Source: Alloascoidea hylecoeti (Eukaryota). Taken from it: DNA of 55,436 bases. Within the stretch, counting starts at the first letter, position 1. Every line of letters begins with the position of its first letter. The position numbers were made by a program, and so were the translations under genes. Positions 35,158 to 47,300 of this stretch are shown here, one piece after another. The DNA is taken from assembly GCA_001600815.1 (NCBI GenBank), contig BCKZ01000006.1, positions 869,048 through 924,483 on the forward strand, written 5' to 3'. Below the pieces are notes generated by a model. The model saw only the letters and a list, made by a program, of their open reading frames with translations, made no database searches and was not told the DNA's origin.

Positions 35158-36630
35158 AATGTCCTACTACTGCTCAGGAACGCATTATTGACTATTCTTG
35201 GTTATGAGTTCTTTCGTTTTTATTACATTTTATTAGTCCTTTGTTACATTTAATACTTCTTTTGACTATTCTATAAATATATTTTGGATTTATCTATATA
35301 AAGCTAAGATAAATCCCTCTTTAAATAGATAACTTAATTCACTAGTTCGAATACACATATTATCTTAATAAGCCATTGCAGCTGATTCCGTCAGTTACTT
35401 TACAATTCCAGGAAGTAAATTGTACTGTGGTGAAGGTTAGTAACTTGGGTGTCCAGCTTTATTCAGAAAATGATAGGTTAAAGATAAAGAGGGGTTGAAT
35501 GTCCACAGTGACTCACACTGTTGTCTTACTAAAGTAAGACTTCGTCCCCGAATAGGATTTCCTCCTAAACTAAAAAAAGTCGATGCTCCTACGCAAACAT
35601 TGCAATTGCAAAGTGGTGCGCATGTCGAATTAGCTACCACCTTTAATTGATTAAGACCCAGGTTCGATTCTGACATTTGGGACACCCAAATAGTCGCATA
35701 GAGACTGCCATACTTGAAATTACTTCTTCGTTAACTTCATTATTCTTGTTGAAGTGCCTTCATTATGTTCTGCGGATTTTTGGAGTATTCCTATCTAATA
35801 TTTAGGATCGGTTATCAGTTTATCTTCTATACGGTATATTAATTACTAGTTATATGATTATTGGTTATCTCAGTTCGTAACATGATTGTTTTAGACAGGT
35901 TCCATCTTTACTAGAACATCATAGCCTCGGACAGATCTATTACATAGGTCAGTCTTCAAATCTTCTTTTCCGGTATGATTAGCTCTAGAGATAAACATAC
36001 AATCTTTTCATCTATTTTTGACGATGTTTTCGACAAATAGTAGCGAAAAATTAGATAGTAGTGGCTAAATATGCAAACAAATAAGCTTATAAAAAGTAAT
36101 CATCAAGTATTCACTTCATTTTATAGGTGCATAACTCGATGTGTAGTGAAGAAAGTCGCCTCACACATACAAAAAAAGCATCACATGTTAATAACAGATT
36201 TTGCACCTCCTGAATTCATTTAGAATTCGAAATAATTGAGCTGATAAAGATTTGGGGTGATAAAGATACGATGCTTTTTTCCCCAAATATTAATTGGGAA
36301 ATTATGAATGGCTCTATTTAAAGACAAACTATTATATTAATGGCTAGTTCCTCGATAAAATATATGTTAAGCAGAGCCTGAGAAGATATATTTATTATTA
36401 ACAAAAGAATAACCCCCATTCTTCGAGCCAAATTTGGTCCACTCAAGGATATTCTTCTGGACGAATGTAATTGCAAAGTCAAGGGTTGAATGCTTTTTAC
36501 TCTAATTGTTCTGTGTTTAAGTTGATGTTAGTTGATATAATTAAGAAGAAAAAAGCAGTTGGATTATTTGAATGTATTATGACATAGTATAAAAGAATTA
36601 AAGAATTTATATGTTGCTAATTAATTATAG

Positions 36631-37995
36631 CTATAGCTGTAGTATCTTTAGATCGTATCTAGACCCTTTTTGTTGTTCGATATTTCTTTTTATTAGCTCA
36701 AATGCCTCTTTATTTGGAAGTTTTTCTAAGATATTGATTGTAATATTACTATTCAAAGGAATATCAAATTTATAACTAGTCTCAATACAATTATCAATTA
36801 AATTTCTTTTTATTTTCTTGGTGGAAACTGCGAATGGGATATCTAAAACCGTTGAGAATAGCACTCCAATAGAATCGCTGAATGTTTTATTTCTTATTGA
36901 GCAAGCTCCTTGATTTATATAGTAATTTCGATGAGCGTTCCTAGTAACCTCTATAAAGCTGGCGTCTTCATATTCTTCCCCAAGTTTCATTAATGATTTC
37001 ACAACCTTAATTACCTGAGACAAATAGCTGCTGTTTCTTTTATAATGAGGACTGTAGACTATAATCTCCGAAGATGATGGCGAAGTATCAACCTTGTTAA
37101 TATAAATTTTCAAGCCACCATGTTGATAGCTTGGAGGTGGGGTATATGGAACAATATCCCCCTTATGCTCATGTCTGATGTTTCCAAAAAGTATCCCTTC
37201 CTGGATTTTACTATAGGAGATGTTAGGGTCAAACATCCCATCTAGATAATTTACAAACTTTGTATTTCCAACTCTTGGAGAACCCCAAGACAAAATCAAA
37301 GGTCTGTACCCTAATAGATCGAGCTCAATTCCAATTAACTGGGAAACTGCACCACCTAAGGAATGGCCAATAACAATTGTTTTATAATCTGAGAAATTTG
37401 AACACATTGCGTCAATTGTCTTATTTACTATATCCCAGGTTTGTTCCGCCGCCTCATAAAATCCACTGTGAACCTTACATCCCTCATATTCTCTGCTATT
37501 CATATTTGAAATGATTCCTTTTTTAATAGAAATAGGTTCGTAGTTGGTCATGCCTAGAGATATATCTACAATCCAATTATTGAATGTTGTTGATCCACGG
37601 AAATTTATTATATTTGCTTTTCGACCATGATCTATATAGAATAACGTAGCAACTCCCGCGGAAAGACTCTCGTTTGGTTTCCAAACTTTATATAGTGTAA
37701 CATTTTCAAAAGTTGTATCATCATTGCAATATAGCGGACAACCAGCATTTGTAGAGGACCATCCATCAGTGAAAAGGCAATATGCTAAACTACTCAGTTT
37801 TGCGAAAAAATACATTTCCTCCATTAAGTACTCACTAACAGCGGATAAAGATACGAGACTCGAGCTTAGACCAGCTATCGTGTCATTTGTACCTTTAACA
37901 CTGGTGCTCGTAGTTTGACAAGCCACAAGCTTGTAAGAACAGATGGTTATAAATGCCAGTGCAAATTTCCCAATATTTGAAAAATGAATGTACAT
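36631..37995 (-). CDS. Secreted class-3 (Lipase_3) lipase, paralogue A
   Basis: Signal peptide; LAYC, FRGSTT..NW, CKVHSGFY, GHSLGGA nucleophile elbow, GSPRVGN, GDIVP, AHRNYY. Confidence 0.92.
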   Translation of the reverse strand: MYIHFSNIGKFALAFITICSYKLVACQTTSTSVKGTNDTIAGLSSSLVSLSAVSEYLMEEMYFFAKLSSLAYCLFTDGWSSTNAGCPLYCNDDTTFENVTLYKVWKPNESLSAGVATLFYIDHGRKANIINFRGSTTFNNWIVDISLGMTNYEPISIKKGIISNMNSREYEGCKVHSGFYEAAEQTWDIVNKTIDAMCSNFSDYKTIVIGHSLGGAVSQLIGIELDLLGYRPLILSWGSPRVGNTKFVNYLDGMFDPNISYSKIQEGILFGNIRHEHKGDIVPYTPPPSYQHGGLKIYINKVDTSPSSSEIIVYSPHYKRNSSYLSQVIKVVKSLMKLGEEYEDASFIEVTRNAHRNYYINQGACSIRNKTFSDSIGVLFSTVLDIPFAVSTKKIKRNLIDNCIETSYKFDIPLNSNITINILEKLPNKEAFELIKRNIEQQKGSRYDLKILQL

Positions 37996-38584
37996 GTATA
38001 GACCTATATGAAGTTGAGAGAATTAATATTTATAGATGTAGTACGTATATGTTTTTCAGTGTCATATATATAGTTTTTTTATTTTTTAACACAAGGTAAG
38101 ATATGATAGCCCTAAACCTATATTATAGAATACCATATCTTCGATCATATGCGAAACAATAGCTTAAATATGTAATATTTTATGTAGTTACATCTGTCTT
38201 TCTATTTTATTCTGTAGCTGTAATGATACATATAGTTAGTTATAATCAAGCAGTTTTCCATGGTAAATTTGTGATTAATATTACTATATTCCCTTAATAA
38301 AACATAATATTAGTATTAATGGGGGTTTCCATTATTTGGAATTGAAAGTTGAAAATTTGTAGATGTAAGCTGAGACTTCAAATAATGATAACTCAGAAAC
38401 TGGTATGTGTGGTATCCATGAATGCATATCTATAGTTGTTCCAATTGCAACGTTGTTTCACTCCGAAAAACATACAATTTATAAACATAAAATCTTGATT
38501 AAAGGACCAAATTTAAGGAAACGTTATACTCAATAAAATCGAAATCACGTTTCATAATATATCTGAATATCAACTAAGTGAATT

Positions 38585-39200
38585 AGAGTAGTCAACCTTC
38601 CCTCCATTTGTTATGACAAAAGGGTATAGTCATTTTATCATGGATGCGATGAATTGGTCAAAAGCTATTGATCTCGGTGATCCCATAAAGTTGGTAGTGC
38701 TTCTTAATAATGATTCTCATTATATTGTCGCCACCTTTTATTAGGACTCTGGGAGTTGGTTTCCTCGATCAATTTTTAGCTTGTGCCACACGTTTTTCAA
38801 TGGAAATTAGGTATAGAGACCTCACAAGTCAACATAGCTGTTCCAATTGAATTTCCTCCTAGTTTTTGGTTTGCATATTGGAGAATTGTCCTATGGATAG
38901 ATTAAACTTTCAAAGACTCGAATGAAAGGTATTTCTACCCGTCGTAATACTTCTTCGATATACACCTCAGAATTAATCTTTCCTTGAAACGTCTATGTAA
39001 CAGCCGAATATCGGGTGTTTATCATCAGATCTTTTTGTAATTCTCTTATTAGACCCCCACAATATCGCGAGGATAACCCACTTCTACCCTTTGGTTTGGT
39101 ATACCCTGAAAGACGCATTAGGCTTCATCACAAAACCAATATCAGTATGGGACCTGTAGATATAAAATTCTCCAACCAAATAGAGAAGATATCACTTTTT
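38585..39200 (-). pseudogene. Tc1/mariner (DDE_3-type) transposase relic
   Basis: Minus-strand peptides in the expected order across stops and frameshifts: WFCDEA (39138-39121), GKINSEVYIEEVL, IYP*DNSPI (QDNAP, ~38890), SLYLIS-IENVWHKLK (SPDLNPIENVW, ~38800), FIASMIK*L...VITNGGKVDY. Confidence 0.8.
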
Positions 39201-40094
39201 CCATATAGTCAGCTGGATTATTAATAATAACTTGTTATATTAATCTTGTTGTCCACCCCACGAATGAATAGTCAAAAATGTTAAGGTTTCGAAGAGATAT
39301 TTTCAAATAAGGTTTATCGAAACAGAATTTAACGGATTGAAATTAATTTTGTAGTGGAAATGTTGTTTCAAGTTTAATATATAACCGTTGATAACGCTCA
39401 GCTTAAATTTTTGTAAATTAGATATAAAAATCAATGCAAAATCAGAAAAGCTTTTGTGTTTTCTTTCCATTGTCACTAGTTTTAAACCTAAATAGGATAT
39501 ACCTTGTTGCTATGAGTATTTGGCATCTGTGAATCCGGAACTATAAATAGTACTAAACGCCCCACTTTAATGCTTTTGTGGTTTGTTTTTATGTGAATCA
39601 TTCAAAGTTGTTAGATTGTAACCATTGTATTGTTTAATTGTAATACCATCGCGTCCTTAGCGTGTTACGTATATTTAGTATTCCTTATGAGTGAAGCTAG
39701 ATTCAATGAAAATTCTATAAATATTAACAATATCGGATACCACAATGCAGCCCCTAAGTTATGCGGCTGTTGGTGACCGCGTATATTTACGACTTACATT
39801 TTTCCTTGAGCGCGGCAACTCCATCTAGTGTCTCCTTAAAATCTTTTAGTAATGTTAGTCTAATGCCAAGTTGAAAAGTGACAATGGATCTATACAAAGA
39901 GATATTTTATTGAATACCCACTGAAAGGTTTAGAGTTCGGTAAATTAGGAGAAAAATTTTCTTTTAGTGAGAAACTTTATATGCAAATCCATTTAAGCGA
40001 ATTAGCAAACTTTATATCAAATCTATATTTAAATTATTTGTCAACCTGCTTCTTCGAGTTTCCTCTTCTTATTTCTCTTCTCTTTATCACATTA

Positions 40095-41429
40095 ATGAGA
40101 CTTCTCTCCTCCTTCATATTTGCTATCTTATTAGCCGTAAATTATGCCCTCGCAGATACTATTGCGTGTGATCTAGAGAACAAGTGCCCGGAAAGTGCTC
40201 CATGCTGTTCACAATACGGAGAATGTGGCACCGGTTCCTATTGCCTTGGTGGATGTGATCCACGGATGTCTTTCAATATGTCCGCTTGTACGCACATGCC
40301 TGTTTGTCGTTCAAAAACCACACAGTTCTCCACTGATGATCTAGTATTAAACACAAAATATCTAGGAAATTCATCTGAATTTGATTGGGTGTATTCTGGT
40401 TTTGTTGCAAACTATCAAGATGGTATTTTAATACAAATGCCAGCGAATTCTGGAGGTACTGTTATTTCATCCACCGATTATGTTTGGTATGGCAAAGTTT
40501 CAGCCAAGTTCAGGACATCTCATTTGAAAGGTGTCGTCACCTCAGTTATTCTTTACTCAAACGTCAAGGATGAATTAGATTATGAATTTGTTGGTGCCGA
40601 CTTAGAAACTGTTCAAACAAATTATTATTGGCAGGGTGTTTTAGATTACACTCATGGTACCAATATCACTGGAGTTTCTGATACTTTCGCTAATTATCAT
40701 ACTTACGAATTAGACTGGACAGAAGATGAAGTAACTTGGAGCGTAGATGGAAAAGTTGGACGTGTTTTGAAAAAGGCAGACACATTCAATGCAACTACAA
40801 AGAAGTATGAATATCCCCAAACGCCCTCGAGGGTACAAATTTCTATTTGGCCTGCAGGTCAAGCTTCAAATGCCCCAGGAACGATTGCCTGGTCAGGTGG
40901 TGAAATTGATTGGAAGTCCCCTGATATCGAAAAAAACGGATACTATTATGCCGTCTTAAATGAGGTTTCCATTGATTGTTACGATCCACCAAAGGGCACT
41001 TCAATTACTGGGTCGAAGTCCTATGTTTTCACGAACTCAAATGCTGAAGAAGGTGATGTTCAAATCACTGATGACAATACTGTTTTAGGATCATTTGATG
41101 CTACTGGATTTAATCTAGATTTTGGCAAGGAAGATGCATCCAAATCTAGTGGTTCATCTACAAAAAGTAGTACTTCTACATCTACCCAGAGCACAAATAC
41201 AAGCACAAATACAAGCACAAATACAAGCACAAATACAAGCACAAATACTGGAAAAACAAAGTCCTCAAATCCAACTGCTGCCCCTACAAGTTCTGGTTCT
41301 TCTAATGACAATAGTGATGGATTTCAACAAAACTCTAAAACAATCACATCATCATCCGGTGCTTCACAATTGAATATTGCAAAAGTAGGACTTATGGCTA
41401 TTATCCTTCCATTATTTAATTTTATATAA
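40095..41429 (+). CDS. UTR2: GH16 chitin transglycosylase with N-terminal CBM18, Ser/Thr stalk and GPI signal (Utr2/Crh2)
   Basis: Probable start MRLLSSFIFAILLAVNYALA at 40095; CPESAPCCSQYGECGTGSYCLGGCDPRMSF; catalytic DELDYE; YPQTPSRVQISIWPAG; hydrophobic C-terminus. Confidence 0.92.
   Translation: MRLLSSFIFAILLAVNYALADTIACDLENKCPESAPCCSQYGECGTGSYCLGGCDPRMSFNMSACTHMPVCRSKTTQFSTDDLVLNTKYLGNSSEFDWVYSGFVANYQDGILIQMPANSGGTVISSTDYVWYGKVSAKFRTSHLKGVVTSVILYSNVKDELDYEFVGADLETVQTNYYWQGVLDYTHGTNITGVSDTFANYHTYELDWTEDEVTWSVDGKVGRVLKKADTFNATTKKYEYPQTPSRVQISIWPAGQASNAPGTIAWSGGEIDWKSPDIEKNGYYYAVLNEVSIDCYDPPKGTSITGSKSYVFTNSNAEEGDVQITDDNTVLGSFDATGFNLDFGKEDASKSSGSSTKSSTSTSTQSTNTSTNTSTNTSTNTSTNTGKTKSSNPTAAPTSSGSSNDNSDGFQQNSKTITSSSGASQLNIAKVGLMAIILPLFNFI
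41190..41248 (+). repeat. Coding 12-bp repeat (AGCACAAATACA, about 5 copies; STNT) in the UTR2 stalk
   Basis: Directly visible tandem units. Confidence 0.95.
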
Positions 41430-41840
41430 AAACCATTTCTCCTTCGATCTAAGTAAATGAATAATACCAACAAAATTACACAAAAAGTATACTCTAGATC
41501 CCTTATCGATCTTAAGTAATTAATTATAAATTAGTAATAGTATATAACAAAACTTGCTAATTGTTTGATGATTATCGTATGCATATTATATATATTAAAT
41601 TGAGCTTTGAATATCGACCCAAGACCATTATAAGTAGTAAGTACCAGTGCTTTAATTTTTTTACAGCTATGGTAAGTTTATCTAAGAGTAAGCCGCAATT
41701 ATAATTTACAATTGAAATATAACTTATATGCAGGTATCAAAAACTTGTTAGACTAAATTAAAATGAAATATTTCTATAATATATAGTCAATCATTATAAG
41801 GTCATCGAACTAGTATAGTGCCTACAATATATAGCATTTA

Positions 41841-43100
41841 TCAAAATTTTTTGTTGGCCTCCATCTCTTCAGAAAGTATCTCTTTGATTTTCTCAAATGC
41901 TTCATAATTTGGTAGCTCTTTAAGATCAGACACCGTCACATTTCTACCCTCAATAGAATCTCTTTTACTAATTAAAGCAGTAAAAGGAATGTTTAGAATA
42001 CTCGAAAAAAGTCCTTCAAGAACATTACCAAATGTTTCAATAATATTAGAACTTGTAACACAACTCGCTTGATTTACGTAGTAAAAAAGATGGCCATAAA
42101 TTGCAACTTCAATAAAGTTGGAATCAGACTCTTCCTTTCCAAACTCAATTAGGGACTCTATTGTTTCAATAAGTGCTGAAAAATACTTTTGAGAATCATC
42201 ATTAGGATTATAGACCACCAACTGTGAAGCACTAGGCGTAAGATCAACCTTGTTGATGAAAAGTCTCATACCGCCATGTTGATATGTTGGAGGGAAAGGA
42301 ACATATGGAACAACATCTCCTTCATGGACTTGTCGGATGTTTCCATAGAGTGTTCCTTGTTGAATCTTATCATATGAGTTCTGGGGATCAAATAATCCAT
42401 TTAAATAACTCACAAATTTTGAATTTCCAATTCTTGGAGACCCCCATGAGAGAACTAAAGGGTCATATCCCAATAAACTCAATTCAATCCCAGCTAACTG
42501 AGCAACAGCACCCCCTAACGAATGGCCCATTATAAATGTTTTATAGTTAGGGTAAATAACATTCATTGCAGTAAAAGTTGCATTTAATCCATCCCATGTT
42601 TGCTGCAATGCCTCATAAAACCCCGAATGAACTTTGGCACCATTGTAACCAGATGAAGAGACAACTCCCTTTCCGACAACTATTGGAGTATAGCTAGTGG
42701 GAACTATAGACAAATCTGCTGCCCAGTCATTTAATGTTGTGGATCCACGAAAATCGATGATCTTAGCTTTCCTTCCATGATCAACATAAAATAGCGTAGG
42801 TATAGCTTCAGAGAGACTACTACTAGGTCTCCAGACATCAAATAATGCAACTTCATCAAAGGTACTATCACCACAATATAGTGGACACCCTGAATCAGTT
42901 GTAGACCAGCCACTAGTAAGAAGGCAATATGAAAGACTGTCTAATTTAGCAAAGAAATATGTGTTGTTTTCCAAAGATTCACTGATTGAACTGGATAAAG
43001 AAGAAAAAGTAAAACTACTACTGGCTAAACACTTTTCAAATATATTGCAGCTGAGAATGATTAATGGTAACATTGCTTTGGGAGTTTTAAAAAACCACAT
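41841..43100 (-). CDS. Secreted class-3 lipase, paralogue B
   Basis: First ATG at 43100; YFFAKLDSLSYCL, FRGSTTLNDW, KVHSGFY, GHSLGGA, GSPRIGN, GDVVP, GHLFYY; colinear with the lipase at 36631-37995. Confidence 0.92.
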   Translation of the reverse strand: MWFFKTPKAMLPLIILSCNIFEKCLASSSFTFSSLSSSISESLENNTYFFAKLDSLSYCLLTSGWSTTDSGCPLYCGDSTFDEVALFDVWRPSSSLSEAIPTLFYVDHGRKAKIIDFRGSTTLNDWAADLSIVPTSYTPIVVGKGVVSSSGYNGAKVHSGFYEALQQTWDGLNATFTAMNVIYPNYKTFIMGHSLGGAVAQLAGIELSLLGYDPLVLSWGSPRIGNSKFVSYLNGLFDPQNSYDKIQQGTLYGNIRQVHEGDVVPYVPFPPTYQHGGMRLFINKVDLTPSASQLVVYNPNDDSQKYFSALIETIESLIEFGKEESDSNFIEVAIYGHLFYYVNQASCVTSSNIIETFGNVLEGLFSSILNIPFTALISKRDSIEGRNVTVSDLKELPNYEAFEKIKEILSEEMEANKKF

Positions 43101-44372
43101 TGCAATTGGTTTATGAAGAATATTGATATAATATATTTGCAATTGATACTATAAGATGTTATACTAGTATCTAATTCTAATGTAACAGTTTTAAATTGAG
43201 GATTAATGCCATAAATATGTAATCAGCCAATTTTCTTTGCACTCATCATAAACAATTGATTATAATGATAAACGTCACTCATTTTTTCCTGTTGAGTATT
43301 TTTAAAACCTATAGACACTTGGTGATTGTGTATAAGCTTGTCGTACGATCAATATAGTATGAATATAGATGGTATATTATTAATATGGCTCAAAATTGTG
43401 TTATAAGCAATGTATCTAATAAATTTTGTACATATGACTATGGCAGTGTAATTAGTATAGACATATCTCTAGATCTATAAATTTAAAGTTAATAAATGTA
43501 GCTTTACCTATTGGAAATAACGCTTATAGTAAAGTAACATCATGATTATAATTATATAAATACCTAAAATAACTGCTTATATAATGATATAATATAATAG
43601 CATTAATATTAATCTTGGTATACGCGTACGTAGAAATAGTTTAACAGACTAATTATAAGAGTACCCCTCTTGATTTAAGTAATCCGGAGTTTTTACTATA
43701 TATTATTAATATCATAAAAAATATTTAAAACGAGAAGTTATTCTGCAAGAGTCTATTACTTCTCATTGTGTATGAAAAAAATGATAACAAGAATATATTT
43801 GTAAGAGTTTGATATAGATGAATGTATTTAAATTATGTAAAACTAGCAAACGGTGGCATAGATGTTTTGACATCAAAAGAGATAATCATAAAATTTTAAT
43901 TGTAAGATTATTTTTTAAAGCATGGACATGTAAGAAATCCTAAAAACAAAAATAAGGCAAAATAAACAAGGGAACTAGGCTTATAAGATTCAATGGAATT
44001 AACAGCAATCGTGAAACATAATTTATCAGAATGTGATTCCATTCAGTTTTTAACTAATGACAAAGAAAACACAACACTTCATAATGATAATCAACTTCAA
44101 CTTCGACAATCAAACCATAAATATTAACATAATAAATTAAAAAAGTTAATTATAAGATGAAATAACATGCATATATGTGTAAACAATGATAGAAACATGA
44201 ACAAATTTGTTTAATACAAGGCTTGAGTTTTGGATATGTAAATACTTTAGATGCTCGTAAAAAGGTTTTAAAGAAACGTTGATAATATCAACGTTAACAT
44301 TGCAATCAATTAGTTGTTATTGGTATCATCTTATCAATTGCAATATACCCTTCATTTTGTTGGGTTCGGCTA

Positions 44373-47300
44373 TTATGACGCATCAACAGATGATGGCAAA
44401 TAATCACGGAAAACACGCTGGACTGGAGGAGCATTTTGACCTGTTCCTGGAATATCAGAATATTGTTGAGTATTTTGAGCTGGAGTCGATTCCAAGTGTT
44501 GGGAACTTTGATATTTATCTGAATCACCCGACCCAGGAATAGGTGCCCCATTCAAATTAGGAGAGACACCAGATTCTACAACACCCGAAGTATCGGAAAT
44601 AACAGTTTTGTCAGTAACATTAATATCAGTAGTCAATGGGTTAATATCCTCTTCTTTTGATTTTTCCTGTTTAACCAAGGATTCTTTTGTAATAATAATT
44701 GGACTTTCAGAAAGAGAATCAAGAGGTGTGCTCTTCGACTGTGGCGCCTGGTGATCACTATAGGTAATATCAGAAATATTGGCAGTATCAGACCCAACAA
44801 TATTCAATCCTTCAGCCAATTGTTTATCATCATGTATGACTGTATCAATAATGTTGGAGACGGGAAGACTTGTGCCTTCTTCTTTATTGTCTGACAATAA
44901 CTCAAGTGGTACAGCTGCTTTAATCGAAGGGTCTTCAGAACTTTTAGTAACATCATTTACAGATTCCGAAACATCCACGGGTAATTTAAATTTTTCATTA
45001 ATACTTTGCGGAATAATACTAGAATCTTTTTCCCCCTTAATTTTAACATCATCTTTTTGAGAGCGCTTAAATTGACTCTCACTTTCTGTAACAAAGGTGG
45101 GGTTATTATTAGATTGAAAGTCTAGACCAGAAGTAGCAACGAGTGATGAAGAAGAATGGGGTAATCTATTAGGTGATTTCAATGGATTAGGAGTAATAGG
45201 TAATATAATCTTTTCAGATGAAGATTTCAATTTTGAAAATTTGGGAGTTCTATAACCTTGTCTACCACCTTGAAGAATTTGATCATAGAATTCTTCCGAT
45301 TCTGAATCAGAACTCGAATCTTCGTATCCTGGGGTTTTATGATTTGCTTGAGATAAAACGTTATTAACATAAGATAGAACACTAGGAATCTGATCCCATG
45401 TATTTTCAGACTTTCTGCTTTTTGAATCAACTAAGGTTGGATTCCGAGTATGTGGGGGATTCCTTGACGAACGGAAGCTGAAAGAGCTCCTCTTTTGTGA
45501 TGATGACTGTGACGTCTGAGAATGTGGAGATCCTGATGATGGAGTTCTAAACTTTGTAGGGGAGGTACCAATAATTTGTGAAGTAGAGTAAGCAATTGGA
45601 TCATTTTCTAACTCATAAACTAATTTCTCCATATATGCATAATCAAGTTCTAGAGGAATATCAGGATCCCTTCCTTCTTCAATTTCGCGTTTTTCCCTCT
45701 CTTTTTCGCTTATCTCTTGGAGCTTTTGATTTCTTCCATCCAAATCATCTCCCGGGAATATTCTCGAAATCTCTGTTCTTGGTCTAAATTCCCAAGGAAA
45801 TAATGGCTTAGGAGGCGGCTCAGGTATATAAGCTGGTTTAACAGTATGATTGACCTGTTCGACCTGTAAAGTTTCTTCCGGATTTGAATCCAATTTAACT
45901 GGAACAGGAACCGGTACCGAAATATGTTTTTCTTTGAGCGATTCCTCATAGTAATGACCGCCGTTCCCATTACCATTCCATTGACCTTGAGCAGCCCATA
46001 CTCTTTCAACATTATTTTTAATCTCAACTTGACCGGGGTAATTGTAATCTACTTCTCTCCCGGGTCTCTGATTGCGGCCATCGCTATAATTTTTCCATTC
46101 ATCATCAGAAATCACACTAGGCAAATTAAAAACTGGTGCGACATAGGGTTTAATTTGTTCTTGAAATGGTTGATCCCAAGCATTGGTGTAAGGTTTACCC
46201 CAGTTTGAATCTTCCGCAGTGGGGTGTGAATGTTGTGGAGCATACGATTGCGTTTCAGGTGGTTGATGGACCTCATGCGGTTGCTGATGATGCACATGTG
46301 GCGGCGCAATGACTGGTGGTTCGTATTTAAGCGGATTCCATGCATAAGGTGATGGTTTAATTGTAGGCAAACTTGCGTATCTTTCTGCCTCATAATATGG
46401 GGGGATAACAGGTAAATCTTTTGGCTCATAATATTCTTCTTTATAATCAGATTTACCCGATGCCGGTTCCGGAGTTGAATGTTGGTCCTTAATGGGGTCT
46501 TGAATAATTTCAACTTCATCTTTAGTGTATAAGGTCTCTTTGTAGTATGGTTCATTGATACGTTGATAATTTGGAGCTGTAGATCTAAATTGTTTTCTGT
46601 TAACACCATCAATATTTGTTCCTGTTGAAAGAAACCAATTTTGCAATAATTGACGGGTCTGATATAAATGGGCGATCAATTCGTGCTTATGCCCATAGGG
46701 ATTAGATAAGAAGGTAGTCCACCATTGCTTATAATAGTCTAAAATCGAAGGATCTTCATTCTTGTCCGGGGTACGGGATAAAGATTCCTCCTTCCACGGT
46801 TCTCCGGTGAAACGAACAATTTTCACATCTTTTTGATAATGGTGTAGAGCTGGAAGATATTGATAGGGTGTTTGGGAAGAGGAGGATTGATCAATTGGTA
46901 CATTATAATTGTAGCTTAGATTGTGCCAAGATGAAGAAAAATAGGTATTCAATATACTTTGACCATTTCTTTCCTTTGTTGTGCCAGTGTAAGGATCAGC
47001 ATTTGGGCCTGACCCTAGCGACGAGGGATGTTCTTCAGTAGGGGTACCATTAGACTTAAATAACAGACTTAATTCATCGAAGACATTTTTCGAAGGCCTA
47101 GTGACAAATACATCAGTGTTGAAAGCATCGGGCCAGTATGAATCAGAACAGGCCGAGATTCCATTGTGTGAGAAGGGAAAAGACTCCAATTCAAATAAAC
47201 CACCAATTTGACCTATCGGAAAACAAGAAGAGTTTAAAAACAAGACTTTATCATATTGTAGTAGATTCCAAATGTTTATCTTGGCTAAATCAGACAATTC

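Noticed and set aside
34958..35253. Two short plus-strand ORFs
   Set aside because: Antisense to the tRNA-Thr gene, with non-ATG starts
35437..35790. 82-aa ORF, a B-box-like GGTTCGATTC near 35661 and an integrase-like peptide FQVWQSLCDYLGV upstream of the tRNA gene
   Set aside because: Isolated single motifs without supporting neighbours; could be chance or an unrecognisable relic
39981..40094. N-terminal extension of the UTR2 ORF
   Set aside because: A clear signal peptide begins at the ATG at 40095; the upstream part looks like pyrimidine-rich 5' UTR
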